From Eremomyces bilateralis CBS 781.70 (taxonomy: Eukaryota): a DNA stretch of 64,000 nucleotides. Below the pieces are notes generated by a model that was not told where the DNA came from, made no database searches, and saw only the letters and a list, made by a program, of their open reading frames with translations. A program made the position numbers and the translations under genes. Location: NCBI GenBank assembly GCA_010015585.1, contig ML975151.1; one strand, written 5' to 3'. Below, piece after piece: positions 37,839 through 49,060 of the stretch; within the stretch, counting starts at the first letter, position 1, and each line of letters opens with the position of its first letter.

Positions 37839-38701
37839 TCACTCCCTGCCCTGATTTGCAATCTTCCTCAACTCCATCTCTTTCAAGAAGTTATTGCTCA
37901 GGACCTCGAGCTCCTTGACGACGTCCTTGCAGCATTGCACGACTGCATCTTTGGGGGTGACGCTGCCATCCGTCGAAACACGCAAGTCGAAGGACGGAGT
38001 GAGAGGGTGAGGCGAGATGTAAGCTGAGAAGGTGACATATTTGTATTTGTGCAGGTGAGCGGTGAGAAGGTTCCCCAGAGTGTGATCTTCCTTATTGAAG
38101 GTGAAAATCATGGTGTTCGGGACGCCTAGGTCAAAGTTAATGAATGACATCGATGATATCGATCGATGGACTTACGGGTGTCGTGAGTGTAAGTGACCTT
38201 TTTTTCGCCTTCTCCGAGAAGGAACAACTCGAACCTTTCCGGGGACAGACATGTCAGTTGTGCGCGGTGGCCAGGCATGATTGCTATGCAGAGACAATGT
38301 GCTGGTGCTTGTAGGCTGAAGGACAGTAGTATGGGATTGTAGTGTCGAGTTCGATGAAATGTCTCTGACAAGAAAAGAAACCATTTGAAGGAACACCAGC
38401 CAAGTGCAAGCAACAACAGTCAAATGTGAGTAACAACAGTCAAATGCGAGCAATAATATAAAAGTAATAGAAAAGGGTAAGTAACGATTGGATAAAAGTT
38501 CGAAAATTACGAAGCTGATACCAAAACCCCTCGTTGGAGCATGAGGATCAAGCAATGAAAGGGAAAGGAGACCTGAAGTGCTTTTCATCCTGAAGTCTTG
38601 TTGCTCACGCAAATGCGATACAGTCCCTATAACACATGATACAAAACAAAGTAGAAAGCCATAGGCGCAGATGCGCTCACTCACCGGTCTGGCGCGTTCA
38701 T
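37839..38701 (-). CDS. RPB11: RNA polymerase II subunit RPB11, 3 exons (micro-exon 38701-38685)
   Basis: MNAPDR / FELFLLGEGEKKV / PNTMIFTFNKEDHTLGNLL...TDGSVTPKDAV. Confidence 0.95.
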
Positions 38702-39497
38702 CTTGGGCAAGTGCTCTCGAACGACTTTGGTGTTCTTTGGCGTATGTCTCCGTTTGCAGTCTGTCGCGCGATGTTAGTCAAAGCAGGAAACTTCCAGGTG
38801 GCGGACTATAGCCATCGTGAGAAGGCCTAAGGTATCGCGATTGGGACCAGGGATGAATACCTCGTGTCTTGACCTCTAATAGCTCCCCTACGCAGGGGTT
38901 GGTTATTCCAGGTACGAAATGATCAGGATTAAAGAAAGAGAATGTTCAGTAAATGGTTGATAAGTAGTAGAAGGGCAACTTGATCCAGCCGCCAGGGAGA
39001 TGTTGATGGATGTCGATGGTGGCTGCATTCTGATATTCTGCACGATTCCTTCACTGTTCGGCAAATCTTCGCGACAGCAAACGGCAACGTGTGGCGCAGA
39101 GGTGGGCACCTACATGGATCATGCATGGATAGCTGGATTAGTAAGGAGTTAGCGGACCAGTGCACACATCAATGAACCCATAGAGACATCATCATATCAA
39201 TCATCGCTTTAAATGCTGTTCCCTTGACCTTGATATACAAGTGGAGGACATTATATGGTCTATCGTCTCTACATTCAGGGTATTCGTGGTGGCCTCTGCA
39301 CAATTATCGGACTGCTCCAAGGAGAACTCAACCTGTGAGTCAGCAACTTCACGAGAACCTGTTGGGACTGCCGAATCGGGCGACTCAATGATTCAGCGAT
39401 TTCTAATGGAGGAAATGGGATTCCGAAGGTATATATATCTCGAGCTAGGCATTCCCAGGTGCTGTTGAGCAAGTTCACTCGTCCAAGTACTATCACC

Positions 39498-40644
39498 ATG
39501 ACTCCTCAAAGTCGTCTGATCAAAGCGTATCCATGGATCAAACTTCCTTTAATCGCCTGCGGGCCGATGCGTATGATCGCCCTTGCCAAACTTGCCGTGG
39601 AGGTGTCTCAAGCAGGTACAGTCATATGCCATGTCACATCGAGAAATACCTACCTACTAATCTTATCTAGGCGGTATTGGTTTCTTAGCCGGTGGCACAT
39701 CCACCACCATCCCTGACTTCTCCGCCCAACTCTCCACCGCACGCTCTCTCGTCTCCTCATCATCTCTTGCTTCTTCCTCAAGCGAAGTTCTCCCGATCGG
39801 TGTCGGCTTCATCCTGCACTCCGGCCTCTCCCTCTCCGCGGCCCTCCCCATCCTCTCCCACCACCGCCCCGCCGCCGTCTGGCTCTTCGGTTGGCCCGAC
39901 CGGGCGACGCTCTCGTCCTGGGCCGACGGAGTGCGGACGGCGACCGATGGCACGACGACCGTCTGGGTACAGGTCGGCACGGTCGCCGAGGCGCTCGAGG
40001 CTGTCGACGTCTGCTCGCCCGATGTGCTCGTGGCGCAGGGGAGCGACGCGGGTGGCCATGGTCTGGTGCAGTCCGCGAGCGTTGTGGCTTTGGTGCCGGA
40101 AGTGATCGATGCCATCGCGGAGCATGTGGCGGATGCTGCGAAACGACCCATTGTGCTTGCTGCGGGGGGGATCGCGGACTCGCGGGGCGTCGCGGCGGTG
40201 TTATCGCTTGGGGCGCACGGGGCGGTCATGGGGACGCGGTATCTGGCATCGACGGAAGCGGTGCTGGCGTCTGGATATCAGCAAAGCGTGGTGCAGACAA
40301 AAGACGGCGGGCTGAGCACGGCGAGGACGAAGATTTACGATCAATTACGCGGGACGACCGGTTGGCCGGAGCGATATAACGGACGGGGAATCCTGAACCG
40401 TAGTTATTGGGATGCACTGGATGGCGTGGACGAGGAGAAAAATAAGGCGTTGTATAAAGAAGCAGAGAAACGAGCTGGCACGGAGGAAGAGGGTGTCTGG
40501 GGACAACAGGGACGGATGACGATATATGCTGGAGCAGGTGTAGGCTTGGTGAAGTCGGTGAAGCACGCGGCGCAGATCACGGAGGAGGTAAGGAATGGAG
40601 TTGGAGATGTACTGAAGCAGGCTAAAGGGGTATCTAGGCTCTAG
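39498..40644 (+). CDS. Nitronate monooxygenase / 2-nitropropane dioxygenase family FMN oxidoreductase, 2 exons
   Basis: PLIACGPM, GGIGFLA, LVAQGSDAGGHG, AAGGIADSRG and MGTRYL motifs. Confidence 0.92.
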
Positions 40645-41034
40645 GTCTATACCGAAAATGTAAAGTATCGAGTGAGTCTATGTCGAACGAACTACGATTT
40701 CGAAGCCTTGTTACAATTCACATCAATTAAGTTGTCGATAGAGACGGGATGTTAGAACTTCCATCGTACAATAGAGTATATACAAAATTTATCCGCTCAG
40801 GGTTTCAATCCCATGAGCAATTATTCGAATATTCATTACCTTAAAGCCTGCCTTTCGAGGCTAGGCTGTTTAGACATTGACAAAGTGTCATTATTTTGCA
40901 GGCCGTCATGGAAAAAAATGAGCGGCTCCGCGTCAACAGTGGATATCATGAAGAAAAAAAGCCACCATCGCACATCCACAGTGCTGCTGCAGTCCATCGC
41001 AGCGTCTGAAACGATAATTAGATGGCAAACCTCC

Positions 41035-43839
41035 TCATCCATCTTTTTCCCTCCTTCTTTCCATCTTCCCAGCTTCTCTCACCGTCCCCAAGAAGGCTTC
41101 AACTTCACCTACCGCCCATCCGTCCTCCGACTCCAACGCCTTCGCAACCTCCTCGGTGCCACCCCACAACTTCCCTTCCAGGCTTATCAAGACCCCAACT
41201 GCACCCCGCACGAACGCTCCATCCCCCTCGAACACATACACATCCCACATCCGACTTGCCACCTCCACGTCCAGGCCATCCGTGAACAACCCCGCCAACA
41301 TGCGATCCATCGCCCGGCGCACCATGCCCACCTCCACCGTTTCCCGCGGTCCCCTCCCCACGTCGGAGTCCGTCGACGGCCGATCAGGCGGGTCGAAGAG
41401 ATGGGACGCGAGGCCCGGTCGTTTGTATCGGAGGGCGGAGCGGATGCGGTCGTGGGCACGGGCGATGGCGGAGGGGTCGTGGATGAGGTAAGCGAGAGGA
41501 AGGGGCCGGTTGAGGATGTTGGATAGGGCGATGAAGGCGGAGGGGGCGTCGGGGAGGTTCAGAAGAAGGAGAGCCGCGATGAGGTGGAGCGGGATGGTGG
41601 TGGCTAGGGGGGAAGAAGGGATAGAGGAGTCTCGCGGAGCAGGGAATTCAACATCGGTGCGGTAGTAGGCATAGGCGGAGAGGACGTCGATGAGTGGAGC
41701 GTGGAAAGGCCCAGTAGGAGCGAAGAGGCGCAGAGAAGGGTGTGTTTCAAGCGCGAGAGCATCTATCGTTGCGAATAGACGCGACTCTTGCCTTTCGGTC
41801 CCAGGAGAGTTCTCGTTTTCGAATGCAGAAGAGGGCCGTCGTTCTTGTTCTACTCGTGCGCGTGCAGCCCGAGCGCGACCCAGAGCAGCCTCGAAGCTGG
41901 TATGTGTGAGAGCAAGCTCGTTTCCGATCGCGCGGCTCCAGACTTCACCCCGAAGTCGAGGTGTGATGCCGCGCCACCAGAGCTCCCGGATTCGTGGCTC
42001 GTTGATCGCAGTGTTCCAGTTTGGGAGGACATGGTCACTCCAAAGGCGAGCGAGAGAAGCTTGAGACGTGTCTTTGGCAACGTTTTGCGCCTGCGCGGTG
42101 GCTGCTCGTCGTTTCTCTGCCGGCTTTGTAAGTATTCTTTCGAGCACATCAATGCGGATGTGGGGTTTGGTGGATAACATACCGATCTCAGCCGCATGCG
42201 CCATCATCCGCTGCCATTCCTTCAAGTGCTTTTTTTCTTCCAGTGGATTCTTAGGTGGAAGCCAACTGGGCCGTGTGCGTGTCAAAACCTTCTCCTTCTC
42301 TTTGCTGATCGGTAGCGGATCGATCATGATATCGCCTCGTCTCAACGGTGGAAGCGAGATGGATTTCCCGGATTTCGAACGCGCCGGATTGTATGGATCC
42401 CCCGATGGATATGACTGCGTCTTGGCGAGGTTCAATCGCCCGCTTTGCACATTGGCTTCATGAGCGCGATCGCCGGACTCGGCGTACGACTCCAAAGCTT
42501 CCGTCAGATTTCGTGCATCGTCGGAAAGGTCGGATAAAGCTTCCGTCCATGACTTTGTGCGGGTGTTGTGGTAGGGACGTTCCTCGACAAGACACGTCGC
42601 TGAGGCGCTCTTAGGAATGCGGTCTCGTAGTGATTGGGGGGGAGTTGTGCCGCTTGGTGAAGTGGTTTGGCCGGCGGGAGCGGATCGCAGTTGTTCCGAC
42701 GGGTAGGGGGAAAACCCTTCGGGGGAGCGAGCTAGTAGAGATGTCTGGGATCGAGGGTCGGGACTGGCGGAGAGGGATCGATCGAGAAGAGGTCGCGGGG
42801 AAAGAGGAACGTTCCAGATGACGGCATCGTCAGGGACGTCTTCGTCCGAATCATGATATTCGTCTTCCAGTTCCTTGACCGATTTCCTGCCTGGTTTCCA
42901 TGTCGGTCGTCGATGCGAAATGCGGGGGGCTGGCGACTCGCCGCGAAGGCTCGAATTCGCCGAGGAGTTCCCAATATGTCTTGAGCCGGGAGACGGCGAC
43001 CTTGATGTCGGATTCCTTGGTCCGCGGTGAGGTAGTGATATTGGTGAAGGACCGGTAACACCGCGGCGAGATCCATTCGGGGGGGGTGCATCACGGGGAA
43101 CGCTCGAAACATGCCCCTTCAAACTTGGGTATTTCGGTCTCGAGCGGTTCGTTAAGTCTCGTAAGGTAGGAATGCTCTGTGTACTGCTTCGGCTGCTGGC
43201 CATCGAGGACGTCGACTCGCGAATCGTCGGGCGATAGTCAGTCGCTTTCTTCTCGTATACATCGGAGGAATAGGTATTATGAAGATCATCTAAGGTAATG
43301 TCTTCGAAATGCGAAATATCAGTAGGACCCGCTGGCTCGGCCAGGTTGGAAGAATGAAAGGAAGATGATTTGGAGGACTTGGAATTGGTCAAGTCGGGTG
43401 GTGATCCTGGATCTGCATCATGAGGATGATTCGTGATTTGGTCGTGACCGTATGAGACGGTGGAGGCCATGAGCGGCCGAGCTCGCGGCTGAGACGAGGT
43501 TGGAGAAGTTAAACAAGCGCTTGGGGGTGAAAAGGAGCGAGAACGGTTCGTTACGATTTTGGAGGGAGTGTTCGGTCGTCTGCCGCGAAAGACGCGAGTG
43601 GTAGAGAGCGTGGAGGCGTCGTCGTCGTCGTCGAGCGGGAGACGGATTAAGGAGCGAGTGACGGCAACAGGCTGGAGAACATGTTGCAGCGGACGGGGAT
43701 GCAGGGGAAGATGGTGGAGAGAGCGACAATGAAGAGGAGGAGGAGTTGATAACGAATGTGGATCGGAGGATGTTGAATAAGCGGAGTGGAGGTTGTGGGG
43801 ATGGGATTGAGGCTGAGGAAGTTGTTGAAGGCTTGCCAT
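41035..43839 (-). CDS. TBC (Rab-GAP-fold) domain protein with long disordered N-terminus
   Basis: RTRPSWLPPK, RELWWRGITPRLRGEVWSRAIGN and SRMWDVYVFEGD. Probable in-frame 66-nt intron near 42183-42118. Confidence 0.88.
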   Translation of the reverse strand: MASLQQLPQPQSHPHNLHSAYSTSSDPHSLSTPPPLHCRSLHHLPLHPRPLQHVLQPVAVTRSLIRLPLDDDDDASTLSTTRVFRGRRPNTPSKIVTNRSRSFSPPSACLTSPTSSQPRARPLMASTVSYGHDQITNHPHDADPGSPPDLTNSKSSKSSSFHSSNLAEPAGPTDISHFEDITLDDLHNTYSSDVYEKKATDYRPTIRESTSSMASSRSSTQSIPTLRDLTNRSRPKYPSLKGHVSSVPRDAPPPNGSRRGVTGPSPISLPHRGPRNPTSRSPSPGSRHIGNSSANSSLRGESPAPRISHRRPTWKPGRKSVKELEDEYHDSDEDVPDDAVIWNVPLSPRPLLDRSLSASPDPRSQTSLLARSPEGFSPYPSEQLRSAPAGQTTSPSGTTPPQSLRDRIPKSASATCLVEERPYHNTRTKSWTEALSDLSDDARNLTEALESYAESGDRAHEANVQSGRLNLAKTQSYPSGDPYNPARSKSGKSISLPPLRRGDIMIDPLPISKEKEKVLTRTRPSWLPPKNPLEEKKHLKEWQRMMAHAAEIGMLSTKPHIRIDVLERILTKPAEKRRAATAQAQNVAKDTSQASLARLWSDHVLPNWNTAINEPRIRELWWRGITPRLRGEVWSRAIGNELALTHTSFEAALGRARAARARVEQERRPSSAFENENSPGTERQESRLFATIDALALETHPSLRLFAPTGPFHAPLIDVLSAYAYYRTDVEFPAPRDSSIPSSPLATTIPLHLIAALLLLNLPDAPSAFIALSNILNRPLPLAYLIHDPSAIARAHDRIRSALRYKRPGLASHLFDPPDRPSTDSDVGRGPRETVEVGMVRRAMDRMLAGLFTDGLDVEVASRMWDVYVFEGDGAFVRGAVGVLISLEGKLWGGTEEVAKALESEDGWAVGEVEAFLGTVREAGKMERRREKDG

Positions 43840-45116
43840 CTCCGTCCCTCTCGTATTATTAAATTCTTCTCTCGTGTCGCTCTACGGCTCGCCGCTCAGC
43901 CTTCGAACTCCCTCTCTTGGCTCCTAATTACCTGCAGCTTTCGAACAGTCAACATTCAACGCCTAACCGTGGCGTAGGGAGTGCCGGAACGGGGGCTTGA
44001 CGATTGACAGCTTCAAGCCGTCAATTCGGACACTTCGGTTCAGGGGCAGAGCGAACACGACGCTACTGTTGGCTCGTTCTGCTGCTCAACGACCGTGCGA
44101 CCGATTGTGGCTTGGCCGAATATTGCGGAAACCCGGATTTAGTGTCGATAGAGCACGATGGGCATCGTAATAGAACATTTAGCAAATGTCAACTAGCTTA
44201 GATGGGAAGTGCAAGATGTAAGATGAAAGACGGACGGCGACGAGACGAGAACAAAGGTATTATGAGGCGGATGTGCCGAAATGAGACGAAAAATGTGGTC
44301 GGGAAGGCACCGAGCGTCCAGGCGAGTTTACTGCTGACTGCATCACCTGGCTCTTGCGCAACAATTGACTTGGTTAATTATTATTACTATGATGGTGATG
44401 GTGATTATGATTAAGGTAGTATTATCATTTGCCAACTGGCAGGTGAGGCCCCCTGTTTTGGCCCCGGTTGGATGAATTATGGCTGGGATTGGGTGGAAGT
44501 AATAAATCTGCAGGCTGGGGATGCAGGTTGGGAGTGTTGGAGGATGCTGGAAATCTCGATCGACTTAACTCGAGCCTAGAGGCCATGATGTCAAGGTGAT
44601 AGAAACAGTTGGAGTCTCGGGCTGGTTTGCTGCTACACAACTTTACTGCTGCCCTCTCTACGGCAGCTGTCATTCCGACACGGTGAAACGCTCAAGTCAA
44701 ACCGCATTTGCTTCTCAGCTGAAGCACGAACCCAGGCACCTGGTCGGATGTATCATGTAACCCCAAAAAACCGTATCATTGCGATCAAATCTGATTCATT
44801 GACCGAACTTTGCGACTCCGTGCCCGGACAGCCATCGGCTCGCGCGTCCCTTACATGGCTTCATTGATAGGCTTTGCTGTATATGAATTCGTGATGGTCC
44901 GGAAATTGGCCAATAAGACAAGAAATTTATCAAGCTCCTGTACCTGCATTTGGGCTGGTTTGATCAAGGGGAACCCCAGCTGGAATGGCCCATCCATGTC
45001 CCCACGGGATTTGCCTACGTAGTACGTATTCCGTACCACTGCCCTTATTAGGCGTCGATCTCGGATATCTGAATTTTGAACAATTGGTTTTTGGGAGGCT
45101 CGATACTGCGAATTAT

Positions 45117-48100
45117 TCATGGCAACTGATTTCGAGCCTTCGATTCGGCGTCGCCAACGAGACGCATCATCCAGTGATAATCTGCAATGCTATGCCCCCG
45201 CCAAGCCACCCGCCGTTGTCGTGATAGCCAAGCGAGAAGTCCAGCATGGGCGGTCTGCTTCTGCCCAAACGTCTGCTCGAACGCCAGGTACCCGAGCCTG
45301 CATGAAAATCATACATGTCCCATCAGCTCATGACCGTGATTAAGGAAGATACCGGATACGAAGAAGGAGACTAGGTTTCACTTACCATTGCACGTGGCTT
45401 TCACAGGGAAGACGATGATCTGCACGACGGAACTTACCGTCGGGCATAGGGACATCAAAAAGGCTATTTTTGTCATCTTTCCGGGATCGACGGATTTCTC
45501 GGCCAACCCGCCGGGTCGGTCGACGACATGTCGAGGTGACTCCAAGCGCAATCAGGGCGTCAATGGTTCCTGTCGGGAGTTTAGTCTCCGTCTCACCTGG
45601 TAGTTCGCACACATTCGTGACCTACTCATCAAAAGCTGCTGTCCCAGCTTCTGTGCCTTGGGAAGCTCGCTCCAATAGTGGAGACAGCGACATGCAGCGT
45701 CGAGGAAAGACTGATAGAGGTTGCTTAACACCGTTGTGGTGCTGTTGAAGCTCGAGTCGAGTAGTGATCCCTTGATTTGAACCTTGAATCCGCTGCATGC
45801 ACGGTTAGTCCAACATTCCCTCACTCATTGACATCGTCGTATACTTCAAAGTTCTTCGGTAGAAACTCCGCCCTGGGACCTGCGTGTATTCGACAGTGAG
45901 CGAGTCTTTCATTCCTATTCGGCAAAATCGGTCAGTGAATGGTCGGTGTCGCATCAGCTGGTTCGACTCACCGTCATGTCCTTCCTTGGCCGGTCTTCGC
46001 CTGACCTCCAGTGTTTCCGTGTCAATGTACAGACCACAATACAGGAAGTACTGCCCTTCCCGAACCAATCCAACACTTTCTTGTTCCGCCAACCCTTCAG
46101 CGTTAACTAGGGTCTTCTCCCTCTGTACCTTGATCCCCCAGTCCGGCTCGCCATTGTGCATGATCTTCAGGAACCGTCGGACATAGTCCTTGTTCGTGCT
46201 AATGAGCAGAAAGTCGTCGATAAGCCGGAGCAACACACTCTTGGGGTTTCCGCCATCATCTTCTTGTAGGAAGCGAAGCTTTTTATCCTCGAAATCGGCA
46301 TAAAAGAAGTTGCAAAGCAGGGCCGACAGTATCGACCCCTGCGGGACGCCCTTTCGTCGCCTATACAATGTATTGCCGATCTTCACGGCGCTATACTTCA
46401 AATGCTCTTGTAGGGAAGCCAAGAGTGTTCGCCGATCCTCCGTCTTCTCATTAGGGGCATCCAGAAAGACTGCGCTGTTCTTAGCTGAGGTATGCAGGGC
46501 GCGAATGCGGTCTGGGAAGGGTGTCTCATCGCCGATCCGTTGGGCATGTTCATTCCAAATCGTGATGGGCTTGTTTAAGGCTTTGCCGTTGGCATGGTCG
46601 CCTTGCCGTGCATGGTAGGTAAGCCATGGATCGGTGTTTCCCAACATACGAGTCTCATAATGGGATTTAAAGGCGTACTCATCCAGCGACAGGATCTTAG
46701 AGACGTGATGGAGGAGGGCCTCTTGGGGAATCGTATCAAAGCAAGACTGGACATCAACCTTAGCGAAATATAACTTCTGCGGTTGGTTAGACGTCATTCC
46801 CAGGGCCCGGCGGAAATCTGCCAATCGAGGATAGATGTCGGCCACTGAGAAAAGGGAAGATCCCAACCTTGACGGATCTAGGAGCTGCACACTGTCAGTC
46901 GAATCCGATAAAGAAACATGGAGGAAGCGTTACCTTCTCGTACTTCAACGCATTGAATATGGGCTTCAACGAGTAGTTGATACTTCTCCCCAACATCACT
47001 CTTTTGCCATCTCGCACCTGCCATCGTTTCCGCAAATTGGTGATCATCCGAACACCACTCTTTTTGGGCAAGAGTCTGACACTACCTACTCCGGCTGCCG
47101 TGGATCTTAAGAGTTGATCGGTGCTCTCCCGGGGAACCGGTTCGAACATGTTGGATTTGAACTCTTTTATGTAAGGTATTGTGAGCTTCCGCCAGACATC
47201 GTGCCGAAAGTAGAACAGTTGTTGTTTATCGACGTTTGACTCCGTAACATAGAAATTCGATCGTATCAGGGGAATCAAAAAGGAATCAAAAAGGTAGTAG
47301 ACGAGTTCGAGAAAGATTTCTTTTCGTTTCAAGGCTTCGAATTTGCCGACTTTGGCGTCGGGGGTTGTCGGTGAAGAACTCACCCAAGCAATGGTTGATT
47401 GCTGTATTCCTTCCATTACATTGTGCAAGCTCAAAGTCTCCCTCTTCCGTATACGGAGAAACTGGTCAATTAACTTCATGATGCATTCGGCGTTTTGCCT
47501 ACTTCCCCAACAATCGCTAGGAAAGACTCGAGCGACGATGGCTCGACAAAATGCGGAAACGTGAGCAACAGGGGTGGCGAACTCGGTCAAACACTGGTTG
47601 GGGAAATCGGGACCAATTCCCTGGCCCAGACGCTTGTCATTGGTTTTACAATAGTGAAGCAGGAGTATCCGATATGGACAGCGTCTGTGGCGTTTCCGCA
47701 ACCTGCCAACGAGCACCTTTGCACCTGGTTTCAGTCTTTTGGGAACCGTACTGGGGATGATTGCCGGAAATTTCTCGGGGCCCTTAAGTCCCGGCCGAAT
47801 CTTCAACGTTGCATCGGCAATCTCTCCCTCTCGAAAAGTGTAGTCTTTCGACGCCAGGGCAGTCTCGTTGCGGTCAACCTTAAAAGTGAAGACGTTGTGC
47901 AAGCCAAACTGGCGTGGGAAAATATATTTGAGGATGTGGCATAACTCGGCCGAGTTTTCAACGTCATGAAGCCTGTTGAATACATCTACTTGATGTCAGA
48001 GAAGGGTGGGAGTTGGAAAGGAAGTACTAACGGTTAGGGTGGAGGCCGAAATTAATAAACCCCCCAGGTTTATATGCAGGACGAGCATAGAGGATCCGAG

Positions 48101-49060
48101 AACGAACAAATCTGATCTCGCTTGGTGATCGGAGTACGGCATCCTGATCAGGTTTGCTCTTCGCCACGACTTCCTTACGTAGGTTAGGTTCTGAGTTGTG
48201 CAATTTTTCAAAGGCTTGTAGCTCGGAGAGAGGGATTCCTTGTCACGTTAGTTTAGGGATATGCGAGCGGATAATATATTTTACCTGACAATTGATAGTA
48301 GCTTCCACGCCCGCATTCAACAGGGACAAAAATGCCACAATTCAGGAGCAGTTCCTCCATTATTCTTTCGCCGGCCGGGCCCAATATGCGGCACAAATCA
48401 CACCAAAACTTGCCCTTCATTGTCTCCACACGGTGGCTTGGATTGGAATGCACCAATCCTGGAATAGGCTGGTTAGCAGTGACGGGACCTCCAGCTCGTC
48501 GATAGCCCTGGCAAAGGAGATGAGAAGGCCAGTAGCGATTAGTCTCTCGTCCAAACAGTAGCCAGATTACGCGGTTAACGATCTATGGAAGAATCAGCCA
48601 TACCACCCAAAGGATCGGATCGAATGGATAACGGCAATGTCGCTGTGACATGGCCACGGGCGCCGACGCCGCGTCGTTCGAATCAAGTACGAACCTCTGG
48701 AAAATCCTGGCTTGGGATTGCCGAACTCGTAGCAAGAGTGGACTCGGTTCGTTGCTGAGTAAAGAGGGCCAACTCCTGAGCTTTGATCGCTTCGTGCGAA
48801 ATACTCGACGTCGTGCCACATCCAATGATGACTGAGTCGATCCATTGGGCGATATCTTTGTACTTGTCCGACTCATCGAGGCATCGGATTCTCTTCCGAG
48901 CTTCGCGGGCCGCATCTGGGAGTTGGCAGAGGATATAGGTGCGCAGGGTGATGGTCTTGGCGTAGTAACATCGGAGGACCGGATGAGATATCTCGGCGGC
49001 CTTCTGCCTCTTTGCTGGGTTTTGGTCATGATTCCGAGCTCTTTTCCGCTTCCGTGACAT
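45117..49060 (-). CDS. TERT: Telomerase reverse transcriptase, multi-exon, apparently intact
   Basis: TEN/GQ (SYYQLSG), QFP (YIFPRQFGLHNVF), T motif (LIRSNFYVTE...FYFRHDVW), motif 1/2 (VRLLPKK..RMI), A (FAKVDVQSCFDTIP), B' (GVPQGSILS) and C (RLIDDFLL). Confidence 0.97.

Noticed and set aside
45805..47902. RT ORFs as a retroelement or novel RT system
   Set aside because: T motif, QFP and TEN motifs, spliceosomal introns and the absence of LTR/endonuclease identify ordinary TERT.
48031..48260. TTAGGG-like words inside TERT
   Set aside because: Isolated hexamers in coding or intron-edge sequence (CTAAC branch points), not tandem telomeric repeats.
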